A stretch of DNA of 63,803 nucleotides, filler included, from Intoshia linei (lineage: Eukaryota; Animalia; Orthonectida), in NCBI GenBank assembly GCA_001642005.1. It is 3 parts of 3 records of this genome, joined end to end, with 100 filler letters (N's around TTAATTAATTAA, not from the genome) between each part and the next. Parts side by side here need not be neighbours in the genome. Positions count along the whole stretch, not along the records: positions 1 to 28,132 come from LWCA01000424.1; positions 28,233 to 53,879 come from LWCA01000494.1; 1 more part is not named here. One strand, written 5' to 3'. The notes below the pieces were generated by a model. The model searched no databases. It saw nothing but the letters and a program-made list of their open reading frames with translations, and was not told the origin of the DNA. Numbering within the stretch: the stretch's first letter is position 1; every line of letters begins with the position of its first letter. Of this stretch, positions 25,953-39,024 are shown piece after piece. A program made the position numbers and the translations under genes.

Positions 25953-27006
25953 TTATTTATCATTAAAATATCCCAAGGAATCAGCATCAATTAAAAGTCG
26001 CATATCTTCTCTCGGAAATTTTTTTATTATTCTTCCATAAGGTTCAAGATCATTATAACATCTATTAAAAACAGAATCTACAACTTTTTCAGCTTCATCC
26101 TGTCGAATTTTTCGTACAGCCAACAACGAAGTCACAGCTTTAGCTCGAACGCATTCCTAAACATTTTTGTATATAATATTTGTAAATAAATGTATTACTC
26201 TGTGCTTTTTTTTATAATTTGTGGCGGTAGCGATACCGAGTTTATATGCAGCAAGATATGAACAATGCGTTTGAACTGCTGCACGTATCTGAAAATTTTC
26301 ATATTAATTGATTCTGATCATTGCGGTTATTATAACAATGATCTATATAAATCAAAATAATACTTCTGTGCACGCCACGTGGTAGTTATTTGTATAATCA
26401 AAATTACTCCTACATTTATCAAACATGTGAATCATTTCATGGTTTAATATTTTACAAATGTCGCTCTTACTCCACACAGAGTTGCAAACTATAATCTACA
26501 TTTAAAATATAAGTTTTAATTCAACTTTTTAAAGTTTGATACTTTATTTACATAAAATACAGTACCTCATTTCTGTGAGTGTCGTATCCGCCGTGTATAT
26601 TCGGAATACATTTTTCAAATTTAATGTTGTTTCGTATGTCGGATATGCTGAATTAATAAAGTATTTGAGATTAAAATTTTCAAACCATCCAGTAGATTTG
26701 ATAGCGGCAGTTAAAATTTTCAATGGAATATCTAAAAAAATTAAAAATTAGTACATGTGTAGTTAAAATTAAAATACTCGTTTCCAGACAATAATTCACT
26801 TTTGTCATGAATTGGTAATAGGATTTGTAATTATAAAAATCAAACATTTTTTTCTTGGTATCTTTCATTTTTTTTACAAGGTTGGATACTTTACCCAATT
26901 CATTTGCATGGTAAGATCCTGGTGGGGCTCTTTCTGGAAACACATCGTATCCGTAATGTTCTATATTTTCTTCGGTTTTCTTTTCAGTTTCATCGTTTTT
27001 TTCCAT
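25953..27006 (-). CDS. ATP23: Mitochondrial inner membrane metalloprotease ATP23 (peptidase M76)
   Basis: Spliced exons give YGYDVFPER...LTAAIKSTGC...KCIPNIHGGYD...IIVCNS...ILNHEMIHMFDKCR (HExxH)...HVACTEIRAA...ECVRAKAVTSL...VDSVFNRCYNDLEPY. Confidence 0.92.
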
Positions 27007-27209
27007 TTTTAATATCAATCAAAGTTTATTGTTTTAAATTTTTTTATGTGTCTGACTCAGTCAATCAGATCAATTTGGGCGTATTATTTAATATTTTTAT
27101 TTATTTAAGTGTGTCGTTTGAGAAAAGTTACGATCTATTTTAGATACTACAACTTGTAGACAACAATACTCACTATACCATCAATGGCACTTACGTACAA
27201 TGTATACAT

Positions 27210-29281
27210 TAGGGTGTCACATTTTTTGGAAAATTTTAGAATTCGATGAGCAATTAGCACTAAAAGTGTGTACTTTTAAAATAGAAAAACTAATTCCCAG
27301 TCAAAAACATTTAACGCTATTTATGCGAGTTGCGTTTGTCATTTTAAATATTATGGAGGAATTAAAACTAAACTTTATAATAACGGAAATCGGCGTTTGA
27401 GCTTTTAAACGTGGTATCGCCTTTATAATACTGTTCTCCATGTTTAGTTATACTGTTTATTTTTTTAAATTTGTTTCTAGCTCAATTTTTTTGGATTTTA
27501 TTAACGATTTAATTTCTCGAATTCTGGTTATTTACAGTATAATAAATTCATTCAAATACAAAACATTCACGATCTTGTTAGTCATGTTTGCAATGAATAT
27601 GGTGAATACAAAGATTCCATAATATACCAAAATTTATTAGGTATTTTTTGTTAAAATAACTTTTAAGTCATTTTTAAGAAGCAATAGTTAAATTAATGAA
27701 TCACAATGTATTCGGGAAATTTTTTTTCATGATAAAATACTTAATTGCACATTTTTCGATAATTATATTTAAATTTTATTCAATGCATATATGAATTGCA
27801 TATAATTTAGCAGATATGACCATTTATAAGAGTAATTTTATGACAGATTTTGAAGGGAAATTTGAATATTATATCTGTTACCAAATTATTGTGAGGGTTG
27901 CTAATATAATTTTAATTTACATATTCCAAGTGTTTCGTTATTATAATATTTTTTTCGTAATTATATCTTATTTAAATGAACTATTCTCTATTTTATATTA
28001 TAATAAAAATAGAACCGCTTTGAAAACTGAGACCACTAAATGCTGTGTCAACCGTTTAAATTTATCTAATTTAAATTGATCATAAAATCTTAAAGGATAG
28101 AACCATTTTGATAAACCCTTTGTAAAGAAGTTNNNNNNNNNNNNNNNNNNNNNNNNNNNNNNNNNNNNNNNNNNNNTTAATTAATTAANNNNNNNNNNNN
28201 NNNNNNNNNNNNNNNNNNNNNNNNNNNNNNNNAATATGTGGAGCGTTTTGTTGTATGTGTGTCAAGTAATATAGATAAAGGATTATTCCTTTGTATTTCT
28301 CTAAAAACATTAGTAAATGCAAAAGGTAAAACTATGCATGAGGCCATAATTGAAATACTTGAAGAGTACAACATTCAACATAGAATCAAAATGATTATAT
28401 ATGAATGCTGCCGTTTTCACGTTCTAGATCTAATTATATAACATACTCTTAAATGTATATTTAAAAATGACACAAAAGGTCCAAATATAAACTATCCATT
28501 TGTTGCATTTGTTCGAATAAATTTTAAAAACCTTAAAGAACCATAACTATGTTGAAACAACTAACATTAAAAATATCATTAATATTGAAGGTATATGGAG
28601 AAATGATTATTTGGAGTTATATGATCTTACCAATGCTTACTTAACTCAACGATTTGAAAAAAAATCCAAAAATATCATTCAAATGTCCAGGATTATGCAA
28701 GAACATTGAACACAAAGGCAATTTACGCTATTAAAGCAAATCTCTTAGGAATGAGAGACGCTAAGATGGTCTAGGCATGTGATTTTATTTATTCATATTT
28801 GATAAAATGCTTATTCAATTGTAAGTCATTATTAATATTATTTTATATATCGAAAATTATCATAAAACTAATATTAAATATTCCGAAGTGGCCGATTCGG
28901 GTGAACTTTCGAATTATTTAAATGGAAAATATGTTACCGCAAGTCAATGTCTAAAACGACATTGGAATGTAAAGAAAAAACCCATGAAGGTAATTTATAC
29001 CAACGAAATATCGGAACGAGCTCGTGCCCAAATGGAAATTATAAGATCAACAGTTAGAACAAATGAAAAATTGGAGCTAAAACTGTTGTCTAAATTCAAT
29101 AATTTTAATTAATAAATTTAAATAAAGTTAGTTTTTTTAAAAAGGTTTAAAAATTTTCAGGTGGAATAAATTGCAGACTTTGAATTTTGTCTTGGATATT
29201 TATGTTCTAAATTACATTTCCAATGTTCAGTAAAATATACTTTTTCTAATTCAACAAAAAGTGTCAAAAGTGGACACCCTA
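27210..29281. mobile_element. hATm-type element(s) spanning the scaffold gap
   Basis: TAGGGTGTC at 27210 and GACACCCTA at 29281. Decayed transposase: NAKGKTMHEAIIEILEEYNI, CCRFHVLDLI, TNEISERA. Flanks GTATACAT and GTGTCCAT match 6/8. May be two separate elements joined by the gap. Confidence 0.75.
28133..28232. other. Scaffold gap with artificial TTAATTAATTAA linker
   Basis: N-run/TTAATTAATTAA/N-run, identical in design to the gap at 53880-53979. Confidence 0.97.
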
Positions 29282-29339
29282 GTGTCCATCACTGTTAATA
29301 TCATAATTATGGATTAATATAGAATGTATATTATAGATT

Positions 29340-32300
29340 TTATAAATTACAATTTTCTGCTACTTTTTCTGTGTCAATGTCAAAAGACACATTATACTTG
29401 ACTTTATCTTTTTTATTTTTGTTCCTTTTATTTTTTAAATTAGTATCAGATGTAAGGGGTTCCATAATACTTTTTGTCGTTTTGATCGAACTTGAGACTG
29501 AGTTATTATTATTTTTTAAATTAGGGATAACATTATTATTTTCAGTTTTATCATTTATAATTTCTGTTGAATTTTTATCAGATATCTTTATTGATTCATA
29601 AGAATTTTTTCTGGAATTGCTGTCAGATTCTACTTTGTTAATTTGTTTATTGTTTTCATCAATAACTTGTTCCTTAGGTTCTTTGATTGAACTTATTACC
29701 GATGTTGATGATGTTTCACTATCTTTGCTACTTTTTCGTTTATTAGAATTATTTTCTTCATCTTTCGCAGGTTCTTCTGTGTTTGATACATTTTCTTGGT
29801 TTTCAATTACATTATCATTAACTCGCGTATTATCATCGATTTTATTATTTTCATCGGCATTGTCTTCCTTATCCTCTTTATTTTTGTCAATATCAATGTC
29901 TATACTGTTATTCTCAATTTTAAAATCTTTAGCATTTTTTGTGATTTCATCACTTTTGTAATTTTTTTCACTGTTATTACCGTCACTGTTTTTACTGATA
30001 TGACTGGATTGACTCGATTTATCACTTAAGCTGGACAATGTTGACTTTTCCTGGGTCAGTGAATCATTTTGATTCTTATTGTGTTTATAATCATTGGGTT
30101 CATTATTATTTGCTTTAAATTCGTTGTCTTTAACTTTTGTTTTAAGTTCTACATTAGACTAAATTTATCATATAATAGTTAGCATGTAAATAATTTTTAC
30201 CCGTGTTTTATCTTGATAAGGTGATTTTATTTCATCGTAAATGTAATTTTCAAGGTCCCTTATAGGCCCTATATTTAATAATATTTAGATTATAAAATTT
30301 AGAATGAAATAATAAATATTAATTTCTCAAACTTTTTAAAGTAACACATCCTTAAAGAGTGAAAATAAAAAAAATATTATTATAATACGAAAAAAATTTC
30401 GTGTGGAGCAAAATTTGTTTATTTGAACATGATAATATTGAAAAAAAGATTAAACAAAGGATGAAGGAACAAAAAATAATGTGTATACTGGGTCTACCAT
30501 TTTCTTTTGTCCTCTATCTAGCATCGTGGGTGTACTATTCATTAAACAATATCAAATGAACAATTCAAAGTAATTCGTGTCACTAATCTAGCAGAATTTC
30601 ACCACCACTTAGAGAAATAGATACATAGTTACATCTCGGATTTCATTCTAATGAATACATCCTTCATTATTATTGGTGTAATTTTTGTAAATTACACTGT
30701 AATAAAATACATTTAACATTATTAATATACAATTAATAAGTAATGTAACATTTTAATAAGTAAGGATAATCAATCCTAACTTATATAATATGATACGCGA
30801 TTTTTTATTATGTGTGTGTCTGTGTGTGTCCAGCTTTATTTAAATAACTACCCGTCTTAGAATTTTATAAAATCCACATTTCAATTACAGTTTTTTCCGG
30901 GAATTCGCGTGTTCCGTGTTCGCAAACTTAATTTTAACCTCCCAATTTCACATCTTATGGGTCAAAAACTCCAATTGTCCCTCTTTTTGAAAATCAAACG
31001 AGTTGGAGAATTTAAAAAAATATATATGCTGATGCGGATTTTAAAATCATAAACATTATCATAAATTTAAATTTAAAAAAATACACTGATGCGGATTTTA
31101 AAATCATAAACATTATCATAAATTTAAATTTAAAAAAATTATATTATCAGGGCCAAAACCACATATTACCCTTCTTTTTTTAATGAAAACAGCCCTAGAA
31201 TTTCAATAAATTTACAGGTTGTACAGTTGTATCCTGTTAACCCATACAGAAAATTTCATTTGGAATAAGTGACGACTTCAGGGTCAAAAAAGCATTTTAG
31301 TATTCATATTTTTTTTTCGAAATATTTTATTAAAACAAAAAATGTGAAATAATTAACAGTTCGAAAATTAAAAAAAAAAATTATTCTGATAGAGCTTATT
31401 CCAGTTGATATAAACACAAAATTGAAACCCGAGATGTGCCCTCGCAGAGATAGGTCCTGTTTGTACGCATTACATAACAGTCTAATAATAGTGTTATATA
31501 TACAATATAAATTATGAATAAAATACTTTTATAATTTTGAAAAAAAAAACACCAAATGCATCGGTTTGAGACTCACCGAACTGTATTATCGCATAATATA
31601 GAAAAAATTACAATTGGTTGGATCCTTGAGATTCACATTTTTATTTTTATTGGTTTTTACATTGCAATAAAGCATTAACAGATTGATGACTCTATTTCTG
31701 TTCAAATAGCCAGTCTAAATATTTTATTTTTGAAATATTATAAAATTAAAATCAGTTTTAGTTGTTACTCTGATTGAGAATCCGTCATTATACATCAACT
31801 CAGTTACAAAATGATTGATTCATTAATTATTTTTACTCATTGTGTTTTGATTTTTTTTTATTCATCAAAATTAAAAAGTGGGTGTTGAGTAAATGATATA
31901 TGAAAGAGTATGAGAATCCCTGGGTTAATTAATTAATATATAAAAAAATACTGTAGCCATATCACAATCCAAAAATAAAAGATGCAAATTTTGCTTGACT
32001 CTTTTAAAATTCATATATTTTTGGTACATGTGAGAATATTTTTTCATAAAATTGACAAATTCTTCAAAAATTGTTGGAGAATAATTTAAAACAAAATTAC
32101 AAACATACTACATTTTTATATATACACTTTTTTGAATTATTTAAAATTTTTAATAAACCTCGACAAATATTTTTTTTATCAAAAGTTTATCATTATTTTC
32201 AACATCTTGCATTATTTCCGTCATTTTTTCAGTTAGAGAGCAATTAAATTCGCAAACAAAATTTTTTATAGCTTGTTTTATCTATAAATAATGTAATATT

Positions 32301-33424
32301 TAACGACATTTTTTAATTATTACAATTTTAAGAGGAATTTTGCCTCCTACGTAATCTAATGTATTCCAATTGATGTACATATTTTCTACGGAATCAATAA
32401 TATATTTTTGCCGTTTTTTTTCTATTTCTAAAATTTGTTCTTTGATGATTCGGTTTTCTTGTACATTTTTTTTCATAGCTCCTAATCTACAATAAAAGTG
32501 TTATTTTTAATTTTAAAAAAATGTTCCAACATAACGAAACTAATCAAAGTAAGTTGTAATTATTTTATTGGTTTGAATAACCTTTATACAGTACCAACAT
32601 GTCGTATACAGTGTATACTCAATCGAAAATACGTTATATTTAAATGGTCCATTGTTATTTTTAAATTCGATTAAAAACTAAATAATAATTTAAATACCTA
32701 TCATTAATATCAATGTCAAGTTTGCATTTTAGAGATTCGGCTATTTTATTGCAAGAATAAGCATATGCATTGTTACAATTTTGATATTTTGGATTATGTC
32801 TCATTAAATATTTAGCCAAATAGTCGATAGGGTTTAAATCACGTTTTATATAGGATCTGGGTATATTTACATTTTCATTTTGATAGAAATGATAATCGTC
32901 TAGACAGGGCCAAGAGTTATCATACAGTTCATTAAATCCATCTTGAACGAGAATTAAACCAACAGCGCAAATTTCTTTTAAAAGGTTTTCCAAACCCATT
33001 ACGACACTTGGAATCAAATTATGAATCAAATAATATCTTTTTTCATTTTTTTCTTTGTCAGATTTACCAACCAATTTTAAATTTAACAGGTCACTTGCCA
33101 ATTGATCAATAATTAATTTTTTTTCAAATGCATACTTTTTATTTGAATTTTTAATTTTAATTTTATTGTTGAATTTATTCTTTTCAGTCATTGTCATTAA
33201 TTTTTCGTTTTTAATCAACATTTCTTGCAGTTTTAAGTCATTTTCAGTGGGATCACTATTCAAAGTTGATTTCTAAAAAAAATTATCAAAATAAATGTCC
33301 AAAAAACTTGCTCCAATTCTGATTCAAAGGAATTAATTCGCGACGTTAACACCGTATCTATATATCTGGATTTGGACGATTTAGATGACCCAAAAATACT
33401 GTCATTTGTACCACAACTATACAT
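29340..33424 (-). CDS. EFCAB5: EF-hand calcium-binding domain protein 5-like (N-terminal half plus low-complexity region); 3' end uncertain
   Basis: YYLIHNLIPSVVMGLENLL...NPIDYLAKYLMRHNPKY (Dpy-30/RIIa-like), then LFLDCDMATTGYLNRNRVINLL...DPTNWPI, which parallel EFCAB5 segments as I recall them. Followed by an N/K/S/D-rich exon at about 30148-29340. Confidence 0.75.
30774..31491 (+). mobile_element. Full-length non-autonomous Helitron in an EFCAB5 intron
   Basis: A|TCCTAACTTATATAATATG...TGTGTG start, 3' hairpin CTGTTTGTACGCATTACATAACAG then ATAG|T. Internal 57-bp tandem duplication at about 31028-31140. Confidence 0.8.
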
Positions 33425-33626
33425 TTCTTTAATTTTTATACTGTTTGTTTACGTATCTATGTTATTTTTAATTTTCCCTTGTAGGTATATTAAAATGTAT
33501 ATAAATATAAAAAATATATATTACTGTTATATCATATTTTTAAGCTAGATTGTAAACCTCAGATACGAAGTTTAGATTAATTTACATTGAAAATTAAATT
33601 TCTGTAATTTAATAACTTTCTAATTA

Positions 33627-34233
33627 CAGTGAAAAATCTCTACATTCAATTATGTACATTAATATATAATTTATGCACAGTAAGGTGTCAACTCATTTTT
33701 TTCTAATAACATTTTTTATGACGTTTAGCATACGTTCGTATTCTTTCTCAAAATAAATAAGAATGATGTGTATGATTTTCGAATCCATCGATAAATGGAT
33801 GATGAGAGCACCTTTTAAAAATATACTTAATTAAATTATTTTTTTTGGTTATTTGTTTCAAAAGTCAGTCCAATATATTTTATAAAAAAAAATTAATTTT
33901 AAGTTTTTCTTTACATTTATAAACATTTCATTTTATTCATTTCGTAATGTGTAATTTTAAATAAGAAACAATAATAAACAACTATTTCCTTCATTTTCTA
34001 ATTATTTTCCTCTATTTAACGAAATTGGTAAAATTGGAGAACGTGTGGGCTTGAATGACATTAATGTCCACGATGTTGAGGAATTAATCAATTCATATTC
34101 GAAAGAATTTAATCATGATGATTTTATTAAATTATCACAACAAAACGAGCTCTATCAATTGGAATAAAAAAAATAAAATGAATTCAAAAATAAGGATTTG
34201 CATGAATTATTTGTATAATTTGACCGATTAAAG
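33627..34233 (+). mobile_element. Pogo/Tigger-like remnant interrupted by the hAT
   Basis: TA|CAGTGAAA left end. 34021-34167 translates EIGKIGERVGLNDINVHDVEELINSYSKEFNHDDFIKL, resembling the TIGD-type C-terminus. Confidence 0.5.
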
Positions 34234-36367
34234 CAGTGATGAGCAAACTTTAAAAAAATAGTTTCGCTGTTACGGGTAACCGAGTTTATTGGGTGTCTTT
34301 GAAAAATTGAAAATTTTTTATAATTTTACATTAATGAGATGGGTGGTGTTGCTTAAAATTTGAAGTTAGTTTTTCAATATCTGGCCGGTAGTTCGAGGTT
34401 TTTAGGCATATTTGGGCTTGGCTCGACTTGACGCTCAACCGGTTTCTGACTTTTGTATTGTTTAAGCCATTATAGAAAAGGTCTGCTCGCAGTTTTACGT
34501 TGACCCAAAAAACGTCAAAAGTGACAAAGCCACTTTTTTTAGGCCTTTGAAGTTGTCTGGCATACTTTTCCAACACGTTAACATCACGTTTTGCGGACTT
34601 TTGTACTCTTCTCTGTCGTAAATTTTTGCTTCGATTTTTTCAAGATGCCGGTTCATTTCTTCAAATTTGTTGACAAACCATGTTGTTTTTCAGGTCGATG
34701 AGCTCGGAATCCAAATTTGAACAAACCCAATCCCAATTAAAACACTCATAATTATCAAAATTTTCCAATAAATGCGGGACGCGCACTACTTTAAAAAGTT
34801 TGCTGATGTCTGAGAAGTCTATGAATCGTTGGCTGAAAGTTTCAATTGTCCACGTTATGAATGATAAAAACTCTTGTTGTAGCGTGTTATCGATGTGACA
34901 GGTATGTTGTTTTAAAAAAGTGAACATGCTATTCTCTGAGTTTTCAATCTTGCGTTTGATCAAATTAAGTTTTTGAACGAATCCTTTGACACTACTAAAC
35001 ATTAAATCAATCATGATCCCGTGTCCCTGCAGATGTTTGTTTAGATCGTTGAAAAAAATCGCCATGTCAGTTATAAAATATAATTTCACTTTCCACGTAT
35101 CGTCATTTGTATGTATAAACTTATCTAACAAATCTTTTTTATCAAGAAAAAGTTCAACTTCGTTAATGCACTCACAAAACCGTTCCAACATTCGTCCCCT
35201 AGATAGCCAACCTGACCTCCGTGTATATTAATACATCTTCAACTTTCGCATCTAATTGAATCAGTAATTGCTTAAATTCTCTTTTGTGAAGAGCTCTTGC
35301 TGAAATGAAATTAATGATTTTGACAATGTTGCTTTGTGTAAGTTTCGAAATTTTGTTTGGCCCACAGGGCTTCTTGATGAATCAGACAGTGGAATGAAAA
35401 GATTGGGTGATGTACCTCTCTTTTGAGGAGTTGGATTAACCCATTCAGCCTGCAAATCATCGCTGGTGCGCCGTCTGTAGTGACAGAAATTAGTTGGTTA
35501 ATATCAATGTTTTTTTTAATAAAAGTTTCTTTAATAAAATTTAAATAGTCTTGACTCTTGGTTGTCGTAGGTAGCAACGACAAGTCAAATAGCTCTTCTT
35601 CCATTCTTGATGTATGGAATTTGACAATGATGGCTAACCGTGCTTTTCCACATACATCCAGTCTCATCAAGACACATAGAGAAAAACTGGCAATTTTTTA
35701 GGTCATCCGTTATCTGACGTGAGATGTCTCCATGCAAAGCTAGTATTCATTATGCATATTTAGTCATCGGAAGTTTCTTAACAGTTTCTTCCATCTCTGC
35801 ATTATGAAACAGATTTTTTACTGCTTTTGATATAGACTGTTTTAAATAAATTCCGTCCGAAAACGGCCTGAAATGTTGGGCAATGTGAAGAAAAAGGTGC
35901 AGAGACGTTTCAGTGATACGTTTCCAACCTTTTCCTTCTTCTACTTGTAAATTAATGATAGAGTTCAGTACGTCAAAATAAATTTTGACTTGTCGATTAA
36001 TCACTTCATCAGATTCTGTAATGTGGTGTGAATTTTAAAAGTGTCTTTTAATGACGTACGAGTCTCGTACAAGAGTTTGCATAAAATTATCTATTATGCA
36101 TAAAGCCTTTCGTTTTGACTAACTACTAACTAACCGACTAAACTAACCACCTCGTATTTTTTGTCCATTCGTCGTTGAAAAACGTTTTTTTCCCGATGAA
36201 TTTCAATTTTGAAAATGAAAAATAAGTCAAAATTAATGTAAAATTTTCGATTTAAGGAGGAATATATAATAAAAAAATTAAAATATTACCTTAGTAACGT
36301 GTTCAGAAATAAGGGATTTTTTTAAAAAATTATGTGGTCCATGATGGAAAAAGTTTTGGAACCACTG
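34234..36367 (-). mobile_element. Decayed hAT (Buster/SPIN/GTF2IRD2-like) DNA transposon
   Basis: Ends CAGTGATGAGCAAACTTT and AAAGTTTTGGAACCACTG. Frameshifted transposase pieces: RPFSDG, ISVTTDGAPAM, FHCLIHQEAL, WLSRGRMLERF, LNKHLQG, KVRNRL. Flanking 8-mers are both nnnTAnnn but not identical. Confidence 0.88.
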
Positions 36368-36577
36368 ATCTAGAATTACCAATGGACCACTTTGGAAACC
36401 ACTTATTATTATGGATTTTTATTATTATTAACATATTTTGGAACATAGTGAATATCATATATATTTTTGATTCATGTCAATCAATTTTATCACGATTTTA
36501 ATTAAACTGAAATTAAAACTTAATAGAAATAACAGAATTAAATGAATAATTTTGTGATATTACATTTTAATAATAAA

Positions 36578-36796
36578 TTAAATAGCAAAATAGTTAACAT
36601 TTAAATATAAAGCATGTATGGTTCTTATTATTTCTGTGTGATTCAACATTATTCTTTTTATATGAAATTTTTTAATTTCATAATGCAATCTTTTATAAGG
36701 CGATTCACCAGCTATTGCTTTAATGTATATACTACGTTGGAACTCATGTTCTTCCTTGAGTTTTCCAATCAGCTTCCAGACAGTAGGATGAATCAA
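36578..36796 (-). pseudogene. MULE-like transposase C-terminal fragment
   Basis: HPTVWKLIGKLKEE motif, typical of invertebrate Mutator-like transposase C-termini. Isolated fragment. Confidence 0.5.
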
Positions 36797-37913
36797 TTAA
36801 TCAATTAAAATAAATCTTCAAATTAACAAAACCATAGACTCATAAAATATCATTCTCTAATCCATCTAATATTCAATCTAAATTTTCGTGATTAATCCGC
36901 AGCTTAAATTCTTGGCTTGAGCAATTCATTAATTTTGTTAAAACATAAATAAATGGAAAGTAGTCTAGCATAGCTAGAATACTGAAAATATCAATTAATA
37001 AATGTACATTGTACATTTAAATTATTACATGAGTTGATGAAAGATTTAATACGATATTATTAATTTTAATAAAAATCGTGATAAAAACGAACAGTGATCA
37101 AAACGATCATGATAAAAATTATTCCATTTTGAATTTAGCTATTATGACATCGGTTATAATTATTGTCATATCGATAGTGAAATGGTATAGTGCTTGATAT
37201 TTGCAGAAAATTTAATAATACTGTAGTTTCAAAAAACTTGATTTACACCCACGTTAACTCTCAGTGTTATATAAACATGTGTTTTTATATGCTATAGTTG
37301 CAAAATATAGAAAATCTAACAAATTTCAAATGTTACTATACGCATGTGTTAAAATAACATCTACTTATGAGAATGTAATAATTTATTCTAATAATATCAT
37401 TTATATAAAATGTTTAATTAACTATTTAATTAATGAAATAAACATTGGTTAAATGTATTAATCGGACCAAAAAATCAAAAATGTATCATATATTCAAAAA
37501 TTAATTTTAAATAAGGGTGGCCAAAACATATTTACAAAAGATTTATAAACATGTAAAAGATACAAAACACAACAAATTTTTTTTAAATAATCTTCAACCT
37601 AATCTGAAATCTGGCTATTTCTACATTTGTAGGTTAAATTACCCTTACGTTTTAAGGCTTGCATTGTAAAATATATGATAATCTAATTGTGACTTTATTT
37701 ATTTAGTCGAGTTTTGTATTTAACTTAGTTTCAAGTAGTATTTCTGAGTTCAAAAAGCTAAAAACGTTTTCTGTAACATAAAGATTCAAAACTAACCTTT
37801 GCAGTTTCTCTTCCGATTGCAGTCAATTTATTAACACACACAAAAAATATATCGACATCAAAGTAGATATTCCATCTTCAAATAAAATAAAATAGGCGTC
37901 AATTTTATTAATT

Positions 37914-38925
37914 ATAGGTTGACAGTTATGTACTTCGTACAAACAGCACCTAGCTCTACCGAAGGTGGAAAATGTATAATTAATGCACTGGACATATTTA
38001 ATTTTACCAAAAAAATAAAATCAATAATAAAATCTTAGTACAAAATGCTAAAATTCACTATTATTAATATTTTAAATCAGTGGATCCCAAACTTGTTTCA
38101 CCACTGACAGGTTATTTTACATTATCTTTTAACTTATAGTGAATTATTCCTACTTAAATTTATTTTAACATTTGTGTAAAGAATTATAAAAACAATCTTG
38201 TGATCCCATCTTTTAATTTATTAGAGAGAAGAGTGTATAATCTTAAAAATACAGTAAAAACAGTAAATCCTAACAATTTCCATAAATAGCTTAAATTCCA
38301 GAAAAAATAACATTGTCAATACCGGTATTTATATATATTTTATATCGAAAAAAAAATATAACTATAGTGCTTTTTTTACCGTGAAGGCGTCACTTTGTCA
38401 GATTGAATTTTTTTGTGTGTGTTCACTGGATATAATTGTATCAGATGTAATTTTGAGGAAAAAAATTCTATGATTATTTTCATTTTATAAAAAAGGTAAT
38501 CTGGAGTTTTTGTCGTGAAAAGGCACTTTTTTGAGGTTGCGAGTTATTATAATGCTTATGATATTAAAAAATATCCCAGGATTTATGTTATATGAAATTT
38601 TAGGTCATGTTTCATTTTTAAAATTAAGGGTAGATTGTGGTTTTGACCATGAAGGTCTGCGTTTTTGATGCTGACATTTACAACAATGTTAATGATTTTA
38701 AAACGCGTCCCAGAATGAAGATTTTATTAAATTTTTGGGTTGATATATTTTTAAACAAAACGGAAAATTAGGTTTTTGATCCTGAAGGACTAAAATACTG
38801 AAACTTAAAAACACATCCTCAGAAAAACTATATTAAAAATTGGGTTTTTTAAATCTAAAACTGTCAATTTTTTACATAGACGGTAAAAAAACACAAACCA
38901 ACAGTCAATAACGGATATTAAAACT
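37914..38925 (-). mobile_element. Non-autonomous Helitron copy
   Basis: Reverse complement of the family 3' hairpin at 37914-37965. Body homologous to 4380-5000 and 182-517. Confidence 0.75.
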
Positions 38926-39024
38926 TTGAAAATGCGTTTATGAAAAACTTTATTCGAATGACTCGTTATGATTAATATAAATATACATGTATAATTATTT
39001 TTTATTAGCACAATATAATATAAT

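Noticed and set aside
28177-28188. TTAATTAATTAA palindrome between N-runs (also at 53924-53935)
   Set aside because: Artificial scaffolding linker with stops in all frames; not biological.
29371-30029. Hydrophobic plus-strand ORFs (76, 114 and 77 aa)
   Set aside because: Antisense shadows of the N/K/D-rich EFCAB5-like exon. The same applies to 5595-5810, 26812-27143, 23367-23675, 45963-46241 and 49541-49795.
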